From Spirulina sp. (GTDB lineage: Bacteria > Cyanobacteriota > Cyanobacteriia > Phormidesmidales > Phormidesmidaceae): 64,000 bases of DNA. Numbering within the stretch: position 1 is the stretch's first letter; each line of letters starts with the position of its first letter. The stretch spans positions 1 to 64,000 of the forward strand of contig JBIPSI010000029.1 of NCBI GenBank assembly GCA_044070495.1, in the 5' to 3' direction. Of the stretch, positions 48,861-59,254 are shown piece by piece. A model generated the notes under the pieces. That model was not told the origin of the DNA, did no database searches, and saw only the letters and a list, made by a program, of their open reading frames with translations. The position numbers were made by a program, and so were the translations under genes.

Positions 48861-49766
48861 TTAGAAAGGTCTAAGCCGCTGAGTAATACCTAACCAAATA
48901 ATTCTGCGGTATGGCAGTATCCAATAAATAGGCCATAGAGGCCCTGCATGGCGTTGGGTAAATGCTTTCCACTCATGGAAAGGATGTAAGATAGCATCTT
49001 GGGTAGGTAAACCTTTAGGCTGACTAAGCCGTTGAAATTGATTAACTGTTTCAGATTTTGGAAGCTTTTCGAACTGTTCTTTCGGGGAATTTGAAGCGCA
49101 GGTTCCAATAAATCCAGGTGCGATCCAAATATCAAACCCGGCTCTAACCGCTCTCAATCCATAATCAAAATCAGCTGCATAGTGTCTAAAGGTTAAGTCT
49201 AAACCTTCTACTTTTTCAGCAACCTGACTGGGAATCAGTACACAATTACCATTCATCGTGTCGCATTGCAGTGGTACCTCCTTTGGGGTTAGCCATCGAA
49301 ATTTACAAGGGTGAACCCAAGTTCCTTTTTTGACTCCACCATATGTCATTAGCCCTGTCTTTTTGTCTTGAGTAGAACCAACTATGATACCCTCCTTGCC
49401 TTTTTTTCGAAGCCATCTAGAGGTGTTTAAGAGCATAGCTACAGCATCAGAATAAAGTAGGGTATCGTCATTTAGCCATAGATAATAGTCATAACCTGTT
49501 TTTGAGGCAGTCGAAAATGCTAGTTCCATACCCCCTGTCCAAAATAGCTGGCCGTCACCTTGAATTAAGGTAACTGATGGAAAAACTTCAAGTACCGCAT
49601 CAGAAGTACCATCAGAACTACCATCATCTACTAAATAGACAGAAAGACAGATATCTTCCAGAAGCCTCTGATTAAACACTGTAGATAAGCAATCAAGCGT
49701 TTGTTCCTTCCTGTTAAAGCAAGTGAGTAAGATTGCTATATGAGTTTTAGATGTTATTTTTTTCAT
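48861..49766 (-). CDS. GT2 glycosyltransferase (rhamnosyltransferase-like)
   Basis: Motifs LLTCFNRKEQT, LVDDGSSDGT, LWLNDDT, NGNCVLIP and DFDYGLRA. Confidence 0.92.
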   Translation of the reverse strand: MKKITSKTHIAILLTCFNRKEQTLDCLSTVFNQRLLEDICLSVYLVDDGSSDGTSDAVLEVFPSVTLIQGDGQLFWTGGMELAFSTASKTGYDYYLWLNDDTLLYSDAVAMLLNTSRWLRKKGKEGIIVGSTQDKKTGLMTYGGVKKGTWVHPCKFRWLTPKEVPLQCDTMNGNCVLIPSQVAEKVEGLDLTFRHYAADFDYGLRAVRAGFDIWIAPGFIGTCASNSPKEQFEKLPKSETVNQFQRLSQPKGLPTQDAILHPFHEWKAFTQRHAGPLWPIYWILPYRRIIWLGITQRLRPF

Positions 49767-49864
49767 TAGAAGACAATCATGTATATTTCCATTCACGTCA
49801 TGAAACTCTCGGAATTAAGACTTTCCACACAAAATCAAAACTCAAAGCTTCAATCAAAACACTT

Positions 49865-51127
49865 TCAAGGATTTTTAAGCTTTAAAACTCTTGAGAAAAG
49901 ATCTGAGTAGCGGCTAGCCTGTCTGCTATCACTAAATTCAGCTTCAACTTTTTCTCGAGACATTTTCCCTAATAATCGATTTCGATCATCGCCTTCTAAA
50001 ACCCAAAGTATGCCTTTCAATAAGTCTTCAATATCAAAGGGTTTACATAGATAGCCAGTCTTTTGATGATCGATCAATTCAGGAATTCCGCCAATGCTGA
50101 AACCGATGCAGGGCGTACCACAAGCTAATGCTTCTAACACAGTATTAGGAAAGTTGTCTTCAGTAGATGGAGCCACAAATGCATCAACTGCTGAATAAGC
50201 AAGTGCTAAAGAAGACTCGTCACCAAGATGCCCTAAGGCATGGACGTTAAACCCCATCTCATTCATAACCTGTGACTTTGTTCCCCCAAACACTACTAAG
50301 TCAAGACGATTGTTCCATTCTGTATCGCTAAGCTTCTTAAGAGCTGGTTCCAAGAGATGGAAGCCTTTCCTAAGGTCATTTGTCCCAAGCATAGACCCGA
50401 AAAGCAATAGCTTGCGATCTTGGGGTAGATTCAAAGCGTTGCGAGCAAACGAGCTATCTAAAGGCTTATAAACTTGTGTATTTAAACCATTAGGAATTAT
50501 CTCTATGTGCGAATTTCGGAAAAGAGGACTATTACGAGCACAGTCAGCTAGCCAAGAACTAGGAGAAACTAAAGTTATGTTTAGCGGCTTCCATGCAGTA
50601 GCTTTTCGCTGCCATATTAAACGAGCAAGATCATTTTCTCTCCCGCTATTTAATTGAGGGCAAGAGCCACAGTAGTTAGTATAGCGTTCACAACCACCTG
50701 TATAGTGGCACCCTCCTGTAAAAGCCCACATATCGTGGAGTGTCCAAACTATGGGAGCCTTCAGCTTGCCAAAAGACTCAATTGGCAAAAAACCATGTCC
50801 GATCCAGTGAAGATTAATAATATCTGGATGCAAAAACTTAATTTTAGAATATAAGCTATTAGGAACCCATTGTAGCGAGAAGGGCCTTGTTTGATCACGA
50901 TTAGGGTAAAAGGCAAGAGGAATTTTATCTAGGTGCTCGCGAAGCTTCAACTTAGCAGAAAGCTTGTCCAGAACCTTGGATTGAGAAACGACATTATCAA
51001 ATGTAGTAGAATTTGACTGGACAAATAAGCAACTATCAATGCCTTCTTTTCTCAATCCTTCATGAAGACGAAAAGAAGCACGCCCTGCACCACCTTGAAT
51101 ACTTTGACTAACCAATAGAGCTTTCAT
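49865..51127 (-). CDS. GT4 glycosyltransferase (WcaC-like)
   Basis: Motifs GGAGRA..RLH, INLHWI, VWTLHDMWAFTGGCHY and EDNFPNTVLEALACGTP. Confidence 0.92.
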   Translation of the reverse strand: MKALLVSQSIQGGAGRASFRLHEGLRKEGIDSCLFVQSNSTTFDNVVSQSKVLDKLSAKLKLREHLDKIPLAFYPNRDQTRPFSLQWVPNSLYSKIKFLHPDIINLHWIGHGFLPIESFGKLKAPIVWTLHDMWAFTGGCHYTGGCERYTNYCGSCPQLNSGRENDLARLIWQRKATAWKPLNITLVSPSSWLADCARNSPLFRNSHIEIIPNGLNTQVYKPLDSSFARNALNLPQDRKLLLFGSMLGTNDLRKGFHLLEPALKKLSDTEWNNRLDLVVFGGTKSQVMNEMGFNVHALGHLGDESSLALAYSAVDAFVAPSTEDNFPNTVLEALACGTPCIGFSIGGIPELIDHQKTGYLCKPFDIEDLLKGILWVLEGDDRNRLLGKMSREKVEAEFSDSRQASRYSDLFSRVLKLKNP

Positions 51128-51240
51128 AGTTAAAAAGCAATGTATTTATTGCATAACAGGGGGAATTAGTATCAGTAGAAAATGCTAGCTTGTAAACAAG
51201 AATCCTAATCCGTTTTTGGTAGATCGCAACGTGACAATCA

Positions 51241-52161
51241 TCAAAATAGGCTTTGAATCTTTTGGCAAACTTTTTCGATTATTGTGGGATGATAGTTGAA
51301 CAAAGTTTTTTGTGTAAACTCATCCGCTCTAGAATCTCTAATCACAAAAGGTGGGTGCTTTATAGGAAAGACGATTTCCTGAGCAGGCTGCTCAGAGAAT
51401 ACATTTTTCTTAGACGTGTGAGTTGCATTTTCTCCATGACCAACATTGGTTACTAGATTTAGACTAGGAGTAATGTGCAAAGCATTTTGTATCCAGCAAG
51501 AAAAAGTCCAGCGGAATGCCCAACTATCAATGCCTTCTCCTTTTAATACATAATCAAAAGTTCTTTCCCAACTTTTAGCGTATCTTTTATTGCCAAGCAG
51601 GTCATATAGCAAGTTTAGTCTTTTAACTTCATTCCAGAGAGCCATGTCATAGTCAAAGTGGCTCCAAGCACGCCGCCAAGTTGCCCATCCCCAACAATGG
51701 TTATACCTGGAGAAATAATAGTCGTAATCTGTTTTCTGTCGCCCGAACTGTACATTCTGGCCAGAAATTGAAAAAACTCTGCTATCATTTCTATACCATT
51801 CAAGGAGCTCTTGAGCAAACTTGAAAAAGCTGGCATCAGGAATACAATCATCCTCTAAGATAATTGCCTCAGATGTGTTTTCAAATACCCAGTTCAATCC
51901 GCTAGAAACGCGTTTTGAACATCCCAAATTTTGATCAGAATAGTTTTTATTTATCTCACATTCCCAATCGATCTTGTCAATAATTCTTCGTGCATTAGCG
52001 CAATTTTTGAAATCACTTTCTACATTAAGACGTGGTCCATCTGCGATGACAAAAAGGTCTCTCGGTTGTACACAGCGGAGAAGTTCTATAACTTTAGCAA
52101 CCTTGTTTGGTCGATTAAAGATGATAAGGACGATCGGAGTTTTGCAAGTAAAAAGAGTCAT
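51241..52161 (-). CDS. GT-A fold nucleotide-diphospho-sugar transferase
   Basis: Motifs IIFNRP, IADGPR, NLGC, IILEDDC and HCWGWATWRRAW. Confidence 0.88.
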   Translation of the reverse strand: MTLFTCKTPIVLIIFNRPNKVAKVIELLRCVQPRDLFVIADGPRLNVESDFKNCANARRIIDKIDWECEINKNYSDQNLGCSKRVSSGLNWVFENTSEAIILEDDCIPDASFFKFAQELLEWYRNDSRVFSISGQNVQFGRQKTDYDYYFSRYNHCWGWATWRRAWSHFDYDMALWNEVKRLNLLYDLLGNKRYAKSWERTFDYVLKGEGIDSWAFRWTFSCWIQNALHITPSLNLVTNVGHGENATHTSKKNVFSEQPAQEIVFPIKHPPFVIRDSRADEFTQKTLFNYHPTIIEKVCQKIQSLF

Positions 52162-52199
52162 TATAAGTCAACTAATATTCTTTAACTACGTACTCATGC

Positions 52200-53303
52200 T
52201 CACTCACCCATAGAATTTAGTTGTTCCTCTAATTCCTTTAAAGAAACGGAGAAGTTTGCAGTTTGTGGGGATTGACTTACATCTACATCCTCAGAAACAA
52301 TTGAGGAGTAATCAAGCCCGTTGAAAGCCGAAATTTTCTCATACATCTTTGGAGTATAGTTTTTCCCAAACAGTTCGATCACTTTAGTTCCCGGTTTAGA
52401 AAAGGTTAGGTTAGTTAACCCTGCACCGTGTACACCAATAATAGTCTCAGCATTATAGAATAAGTTTACTTGTTCAACAAATGATAAGTCTGATAGTACA
52501 CAGGTGGAAAATCCTTTTCTCTTTAAAAATTTGACGACTTCGTGCTCATTTAGCAAACGTCGTTGATGTGCTGAGTCTCCTCTGCTCACATATATATGTT
52601 GCTTAATTATATTAGCCGACTCTAACTTTGGCAAAAATGTCGATTTTAGCCAATCCGTAATCCATTCAGGCGGATTATGAGAATCTGGGTTTGGATGATC
52701 AACAACCATAAGGTAATCAGCTTTTATGTGCCTAAATTTAGCACTGGAAATTATCCTTTTATCTTCAATATTTAATATTTTCAAGGTTTCTAGTTGAAAG
52801 GCATAAGAAAGATCTGGAGCCAGTAAATAATCAATTAAGTTCAGATCTGAGTGCAATTGATATAAATATATTCTCGGAAGAACATCATACAACCAATGAT
52901 AATAATTATAATTCCCTGAACCTCCTGTTAATAATGAAAGTACTTTACCTTTAAAGTGAGAAATAGGTTGAGGTGTTCCTGTTTTTAAGGCAGGATTTTC
53001 ATGAGTCGGCAGAATCTTTCTATCTTTCCACTGCCAAGATGCCCCAGGTACAAGTAACCGCTTGTAAGAAACGGCTATGTATACACTGCGGTCTGTAAAA
53101 AGCTGACCATTTGGAATTCCATAAACTCGGTAAACTTCCTTATTTTTTTTGTCTGGTTTAACTGTGCTAAAAGTAAGATCGCTTTTTTTGTCATCTAGGA
53201 GTACACCTTTTGGGGCATACGAAATGTTAAAGATCCAACCGAACAGTTTTTCTAATATTTTTCTTGCCAAATTGTCTATTTTTTTTGAGTAAATTTTGTT
53301 CAT
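52200..53303 (-). CDS. GT61/DUF563-family glycosyltransferase
   Basis: Motifs NYYHWLYDVLPR, IYVSRGD..RRLLNE and GVHGAGLTNL.F..PGTKVIE. Confidence 0.88.
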   Translation of the reverse strand: MNKIYSKKIDNLARKILEKLFGWIFNISYAPKGVLLDDKKSDLTFSTVKPDKKNKEVYRVYGIPNGQLFTDRSVYIAVSYKRLLVPGASWQWKDRKILPTHENPALKTGTPQPISHFKGKVLSLLTGGSGNYNYYHWLYDVLPRIYLYQLHSDLNLIDYLLAPDLSYAFQLETLKILNIEDKRIISSAKFRHIKADYLMVVDHPNPDSHNPPEWITDWLKSTFLPKLESANIIKQHIYVSRGDSAHQRRLLNEHEVVKFLKRKGFSTCVLSDLSFVEQVNLFYNAETIIGVHGAGLTNLTFSKPGTKVIELFGKNYTPKMYEKISAFNGLDYSSIVSEDVDVSQSPQTANFSVSLKELEEQLNSMGE

Positions 53304-53685
53304 TTTCTAAAAAATAATTTTTTGTTCTTTGAAAATGCACTAAAAACACTAGTTTTAAGTATAGGTAATCTCAGAATCTAGTGTTTAAGAAACCTTCATC
53401 ACTAACAAATTCTTCTTAGCGATTCTTAGTCAAATATGGTATCGGAGGATCCTTACTAGACAAGCGTTAAGACCGTCACAATTCACCTTTTGCTAGCAAG
53501 AGTGTTTATTACGATAAAAGGGAACTTTAAGCTTGTTAGAAACATACTTTGGTTTTATCTCAGCGACGATTTTTGCTGAGCAAGCAGATTGAGGCTCATC
53601 AATCTGGCTTTGTTCAGCATCTGGTCTTAGATGGGAATAAATCTCTAGATTGCTAATGAGCGAGTAACTTATCCCAGCAAAGGTG

Positions 53686-54651
53686 CTAACTAAACAAATA
53701 ATCTTCCAAATTTACATTTCCCATATCTTGAAATTTTATATAACGAGAATGAATTCCTTCAAGGGGCAAGAAATAAATCTCTGCCAATCTTTCTGGTGAG
53801 ATTTTGTCTCCTCCTGCTTCTACTATTAGTCTAGAAATATAAGCGCAATATTTTAAACGAAGCTTGTGGATCTGTTTCAGAGTTTGCTTGCGTATAGTTT
53901 TCGGATCGGGAGAATGGTTCTTCCAATACTCAACAGCTCGGGCAATTTCAAATGCATCTGGAGGGACAATGAGAGAATTCTCACTCGTGAAAAATTCATC
54001 TCGCCCACCTTTGCTGGGCGTACTAACCACTGGTATACCACATAACAAATATTCGCAGGCAGCAAACATCGCACCCTCAACCGCTGATAGACATAACCCT
54101 GCATAAGATTGGTTATAACGTTTGGCCAACTCTTCCCGAGGCAAAAACGTTCGATTAAAGTCAGCGTGCTTTAGCTCTGGACAAAACTCATGCAAGTCTC
54201 CACCGTAGGAGATAATCATTAATTTTTTGATGTTTCGAGCTAGTTCATGGCGTTTAAATGCCATTAGTTGAGCTGTATAAATGGCATCGTATATTTTAGG
54301 TTCATTTTCGATATTATACAAATGTTCATTAATATAAAGGCTGCTGCTAAAATGGCCTCCACGCAACAAATATCGTTTTCTCACAACTTCTTCGTCAGCA
54401 GCATTAACAAGCAAGTGGTTAGCAACACCTTGCGTTGAGTAATACACCTGCCTTAACTTATGTCGGCCCATCCGGTGCCAGGGAACAGACCAGCCGCCAA
54501 TATGGTTCAAAACATACTTAGGCTTAAACCATGGTGGCAATGGGTATTTTTTTGACCCATCAAATATCTGGTTGCCGAGAGGATATACATTACCAATAAA
54601 TGAGATAATCAACGGTTGCGTGCACAAGATGTAGAATCCATGAAATAGCAT
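53686..54651 (-). CDS. Glycosyltransferase (GT-B-like)
   Basis: Motif LCLSAVEGAMFAACEYLLCGIPVVSTPSKGGRD (EX7E-like); AGGAGA ribosome-binding site. Confidence 0.75.
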   Translation of the reverse strand: MLFHGFYILCTQPLIISFIGNVYPLGNQIFDGSKKYPLPPWFKPKYVLNHIGGWSVPWHRMGRHKLRQVYYSTQGVANHLLVNAADEEVVRKRYLLRGGHFSSSLYINEHLYNIENEPKIYDAIYTAQLMAFKRHELARNIKKLMIISYGGDLHEFCPELKHADFNRTFLPREELAKRYNQSYAGLCLSAVEGAMFAACEYLLCGIPVVSTPSKGGRDEFFTSENSLIVPPDAFEIARAVEYWKNHSPDPKTIRKQTLKQIHKLRLKYCAYISRLIVEAGGDKISPERLAEIYFLPLEGIHSRYIKFQDMGNVNLEDYLFS

Positions 54652-54793
54652 TAAAAATATTCTCCTGAATAACTAAGTTTAATGAGCTGTAATAAGTGAG
54701 CTTAGAGGAAGCAAAAAAATGTCTTTCAACCTGCACTAGCGTCTTTTGATTGCGCTTATCTACTTGACAGTCTTAGTTATTACTTTTATCGTC

Positions 54794-56143
54794 TTATGAT
54801 TTTGCCATCTGTAATCCAGCACGAATAATTTTTGGCAGTTCAAACAACACTATCCCCTTTGTTTGTCTGATAAAAATATCTCTGGTTTTAGAGTGAAAAG
54901 CGTTGCATAGATAAGATGCAATAAATTGGGAGAATATAGTTGCGATGGTTGCACCCATAATTCCTATTTTTGGGATCAATATCCAGTTCAAAATAATATT
55001 AGTGATAGCACCAAGTACCCCTGCAAATGCCCTAAAGTTAAGTAAGTCTCCTGCAACCATCCATGGGCCTCTGGCTACACCTAATGAAACAAACAGGCCA
55101 GCCCATACATAAACTGCAAGAATTATTCCTCCTTCTGCGTACTCTTGGCCATAGAATAGAACTATTAACTGATTACTAAATATACTAACTGGAACGGCTA
55201 CTAAGTAAGATAGAAATGCCATGAGTGTGAAAAGTTGCTGAGCCCGCTTATAATATACCTTCTCATTATTTTCTTTCAATTTAATAATTATAGGAAAAAC
55301 AGTGCTAGTTATTGCAGCTGGCACGAAGTACCACATCTCTGCCAATTTCATAACGGCAGTATAGAGACCTACAGCCTGATCTCCAACCATTTGGCCTAGC
55401 ATAATACTATCAGTACGCATATAGATAGTAATGACGGCACCAGTTATCATCATTGGAAAGCTATCTCTTAGCAGTTCTTTTGCACGTCGATAGCTCCAGG
55501 CCCATTTTTGTAAATTTTTTTCTCGCTGCTGGTAGACGATGACTAAACCAATACCACTCAACATCATTTCTCCAGCCAACGCTATAGCAAAAGCTATTAG
55601 TGGGGCTTGGATAGCAATAAGAACTAATCGAACAGCGGCAGTGAAGAGATAAGCTCCATTTTTGACAAAAACAGTGTATTTCGAATCAATTTGCGATTGA
55701 AACCAAAATGAAATTATATTAAAAGCATTAAAGGTTCCGCTAATAGAAGCAATAAGCACAAGCCACTGCATAAGTGGGTCATTGGGCCGCATCACCTGAT
55801 TTAATCCTACAATAATAGGAATGCTGGCTATGCCGCCCACTATTTGAAGTATGAAGGCTGTACCTAAGATCTCGAGTTTTAAATCTGGGAAGCGTACAAT
55901 ATCCCGGACTACGATGCTATCAAGTCCCAAGTTGACAATGATACCGAACAAAGCAGCAAATGAGATTGCATAGTTCAAGCTGCCAAACTGCTCAGGCCCT
56001 AGATATCTGGCTGTCCAAAGCCCTATAAATAATGCTGTTCCCATTTGCAGAAAACGGTCTGCAAAAAGCCAGCCAAGATTGGAAAAAACTTTCTTCTGAT
56101 TTAAGCTAAGAATAACCTTTATTTTTCTGATTTTTTTAAGCAT
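54794..56143 (-). CDS. wzx: Wzx flippase
   Basis: Motifs N.GWLFADR, ARYLGPEQFG.LNYA, IYMRTD.IMLG and LN.ILIP..GI.GA; about 12 TM segments. Confidence 0.92.
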   Translation of the reverse strand: MLKKIRKIKVILSLNQKKVFSNLGWLFADRFLQMGTALFIGLWTARYLGPEQFGSLNYAISFAALFGIIVNLGLDSIVVRDIVRFPDLKLEILGTAFILQIVGGIASIPIIVGLNQVMRPNDPLMQWLVLIASISGTFNAFNIISFWFQSQIDSKYTVFVKNGAYLFTAAVRLVLIAIQAPLIAFAIALAGEMMLSGIGLVIVYQQREKNLQKWAWSYRRAKELLRDSFPMMITGAVITIYMRTDSIMLGQMVGDQAVGLYTAVMKLAEMWYFVPAAITSTVFPIIIKLKENNEKVYYKRAQQLFTLMAFLSYLVAVPVSIFSNQLIVLFYGQEYAEGGIILAVYVWAGLFVSLGVARGPWMVAGDLLNFRAFAGVLGAITNIILNWILIPKIGIMGATIATIFSQFIASYLCNAFHSKTRDIFIRQTKGIVLFELPKIIRAGLQMAKS

Positions 56144-56209
56144 ACTAAAGGAGGCAAGGAACCTCTTCTAATAAGTAGATTGACCGATTTAAATTCACAA
56201 TATTTACAA

Positions 56210-57547
56210 CTATCTTTGAGCTGACAATAGAGGGTACTCCATAGCTATTTTTGCCGAGAAGATTACATAGTAGACCCAAATGTAGTTTGGTGACAATAAG
56301 GACGACTGATTTAGGTTAAGCAATATGACATAGATAACAAAAATAACAGGAACTAAGAAGACTTTACTTCGAGTTTTTATAAATAGTTTTATTGATCTAT
56401 AGAAAACAAGAACTAGAGAAGCTGCAAAAAGTATAAACCCTATTAGACCCGTATCCAAAAAAATTTCTAAAAAGCCATTGTGGGCATGAGGGGGAATGTA
56501 CTGCGTGCTGGCTACCATTATGTTTGAAGCTGGATTATCAATGCCTCTCCAAGGTTGCCAAAATCCTGAATAACCATACCCTAAGAAAGGCTTTTTTACT
56601 ATTTCATCCCATATCTGGGGCCAGATATCTGCGCGCCCTGTTAAATTGGGTTCTTTTCCCAAAAAATCTAAGACAGACAAAAATATTGCGTCTGAATTCA
56701 GTGCACCCACGATACCTATCATAAGGCTGACAAGTATATATATTACTAATTGAATAGTATTTAACTGTTTCGCAAAGCTAAGGAAGCATGAAGTTCCTAG
56801 CAGTACCGCAAGCGCTACGATAGCCCCTGCCGAGTTGGAAAGAAGCATGACCATAGAGATAATAATTGCCATCAGCCTGAAGGGAATTACATTTTTACCT
56901 GCATCTAGTGAATGCACAAAAAACAGAGTTGAGCTAAAGGCCATAAATGCTCCAAAGTCAATTGGATGGTATAGTACACCCGTCCATCCTTTATCTCCTG
57001 TTCCTAGAGATGGAAGCAAAACGGCTACAAATATCGAGATAAGAACAGTTATGCTACTGTTCAAGAGCAGTACCATCATCAACTCATCCCAGCTCAGTTT
57101 CTTTGAGATATGCATAGCTACGGCAGCTGTACCAGCTAATACTAAGCTCGACCGAAAAGTATGAAGAGGAGTTTGTGACCAAGCCCATGAAATGTTGTTA
57201 ACGAACAAAAAGATGCCGACAAATGGCAGTAAATATATCGAAAATAAGTTACTTAGAATATCTTTGTACTGACTTCTTATCAAAAATATAGTGATTGCAT
57301 ATACTCCTAATTGAAGGAGAGTAATCGATAAACTTTTATCCCTTGCGGACAAGTTAATTGGATTAAGAAAAGAAAAGGGTTCTAGTTTTGAATTAGTTGT
57401 CAGAAATAAAAATGTAGGAATAGCAATCAAGTCTATTTTTCTTGCCTTAGAGCCTTTATTTATCTTAAGGGAAAAAAAAGTAAAATAAACAAAAAAATTA
57501 AGGCTAATGAAGAAAAGGAAGAATGGATCTAATATCAAGTTTCTCAT
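56210..57547 (-). CDS. Wzy polymerase / O-antigen ligase family protein
   Basis: Multi-TM protein; motifs LTGRADIW, KPFLGYG and HAHNGFLEI..DTGLIG. Confidence 0.88.
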   Translation of the reverse strand: MRNLILDPFFLFFISLNFFVYFTFFSLKINKGSKARKIDLIAIPTFLFLTTNSKLEPFSFLNPINLSARDKSLSITLLQLGVYAITIFLIRSQYKDILSNLFSIYLLPFVGIFLFVNNISWAWSQTPLHTFRSSLVLAGTAAVAMHISKKLSWDELMMVLLLNSSITVLISIFVAVLLPSLGTGDKGWTGVLYHPIDFGAFMAFSSTLFFVHSLDAGKNVIPFRLMAIIISMVMLLSNSAGAIVALAVLLGTSCFLSFAKQLNTIQLVIYILVSLMIGIVGALNSDAIFLSVLDFLGKEPNLTGRADIWPQIWDEIVKKPFLGYGYSGFWQPWRGIDNPASNIMVASTQYIPPHAHNGFLEIFLDTGLIGFILFAASLVLVFYRSIKLFIKTRSKVFLVPVIFVIYVILLNLNQSSLLSPNYIWVYYVIFSAKIAMEYPLLSAQR

Positions 57548-58167
57548 CCTATTTTAGTCCCCAGGCCAAATATATTTGCAATCTTTAGGATTTTATAAAG
57601 TAGCATGAGTACGGATTTTCTCTTCTCTAAACTTGCTCTTGATTTTATTGAACTGAGATTTTGGAGATGTAAAGCTCTTCCTTGGATAAATGCACCGCCC
57701 ATGATGTCGGGCCTCTGCCTTGATGAAAATGGTGCGTTCCGGCTAGATACGATAAGACCACACAAAAATGCAAAGTAGGTAGCCCTATCCTCTCTCCAAC
57801 CCAGAAGTGCCCTGGGTCAGGGGTAAAGAGACTGAGATCTAACGACCGTCGAAGCCCCTCTACTTAGTAGATAAGGTTAAATTGTTATCTTCCTTTACGA
57901 GGATACCGGCAGCCGTCCGGATGCCTAGGGTGGAAAGTCGGTAATTTCCCCAGGGTTTAGGTTGGCTTAAAGGCTTCTCAAAGATAGGCAAACTTTCCGG
58001 ATGACTGGGTTTCTGGCTTGGAAGCGTTGTTCTGTGGCAACTTCAGCCCGTCGCCGCCCGCCAAAACGATTCGGCCTTGGGCGGCGTTGATCCGCTAAAA
58101 TCCTGGGGAATCCTCCCTAGGGGTCTAATTGGGGCCTAGGGGCTGCCCTCTTTTTCCATGAGGCTCT

Positions 58168-59253
58168 ATGACCATCAAAAATCTGATCTCCTATGGCCTG
58201 TTGTTGTTTATCCCCCTTGCCATTGTGGCCGAGCGGCTGGAATGGGGCGCATTGACTATTTTTGGTCTGTCGGCGGTGGCGATTTTACCCCTCGCCATCT
58301 GGCTCAGCACGGCGACCGAAGAGCTGGCGCTGATCACTGGCCCCACCATTGGCGGTTTGGTGAATGCGGTATTTGGCAACGCCACGGAGTTGATCATTGC
58401 CCTGGTGGCGCTGAAGTCGGGGTTGATTGACATTGTGAAGGCCAGCATCACGGGGTCGATTTTGGCGAATACGCTGCTGGTGCTGGGGCTATCCATGTTT
58501 GTGGGCGGGCTGCGCTACAAAGAACAGACCTTTAACCAAAAGGTGGCGGGCATCAATGGATCCACCATGGGCCTCGCGGTCACGGCAGTGCTGATTCCGG
58601 CCCTGGTGATCAACACCTCCAATATTGTGGAGCCGGGGGTAATTCGTCAGTTGTCGGTGGTGGTGGCGGTGGTGATGATTGCGGTCTATGCCCTGACGCT
58701 ATTGTTTTCCCTCAAGACCCATAGCTACCTCTACGATGTGGGCGTTAGCGACCATCCCCATGGCGAAGGCGAGGGCCACGGCGAGGAAAAGCCCAATGTG
58801 TGGCTGTGGGTCGGGGTGCTGCTGGTGGCGACGCTGGGCGTGGCGGTGATGTCTGAAATTTTTGTGGGAGCAGTGGAAGAGGCGGCGGAAAGCCTAGGGT
58901 TTACGCCCCTATTTACCGGGGTAATTTTGCTGCCCTTGGTGGGCGGTGCCGCCGAGTATGTGACGGCGGTGCGAATGGCCGCCAAGGACAATATGGATTT
59001 GGCGGTGTCTGTGGCCATGGGGTCTAGTTTGCTGGTGGCGCTGCTGGTGGCCCCCCTACTGGTCATTGTGGGCGAGATTATCGACCAGCCCATGGATTTG
59101 AACTTTGGCCTGTTTGAGGTGGTAGCGGTGGCCGTAGCGGTGGCCACGGTGAACCTAATCAGCCAGGATGGCCGATCCAACTGGCTGGAGGGAGTGCTGC
59201 TGCTATCTACCTTTGCCCTGCTGGGGGCGGCCTTCTTCTTCCATCCGGTCTAG
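58168..59253 (+). CDS. Ca2+/H+ antiporter (CAX/ChaA family)
   Basis: Alpha-1 motif NAVFGNATELII, GSILANTLLVLG, alpha-2 motif LVGGAAEY, and SNWLEG. Confidence 0.93.
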   Translation: MTIKNLISYGLLLFIPLAIVAERLEWGALTIFGLSAVAILPLAIWLSTATEELALITGPTIGGLVNAVFGNATELIIALVALKSGLIDIVKASITGSILANTLLVLGLSMFVGGLRYKEQTFNQKVAGINGSTMGLAVTAVLIPALVINTSNIVEPGVIRQLSVVVAVVMIAVYALTLLFSLKTHSYLYDVGVSDHPHGEGEGHGEEKPNVWLWVGVLLVATLGVAVMSEIFVGAVEEAAESLGFTPLFTGVILLPLVGGAAEYVTAVRMAAKDNMDLAVSVAMGSSLLVALLVAPLLVIVGEIIDQPMDLNFGLFEVVAVAVAVATVNLISQDGRSNWLEGVLLLSTFALLGAAFFFHPV

Positions 59254-59254
59254 C

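Larger units (their letters stand above)
44082..57780 (-). other. AT-rich Wzx/Wzy-type polysaccharide biosynthesis island
   Basis: Abrupt compositional shift; ten co-oriented glycan genes; an IS3 remnant; no CCTAGG found inside it. Confidence 0.85.

Noticed and set aside
57544..57765. 73-aa ORF overlapping the wzy start
   Set aside because: It has a non-ATG start, no recognisable motif, and lies at the island edge. It could be a gene remnant but cannot be supported.
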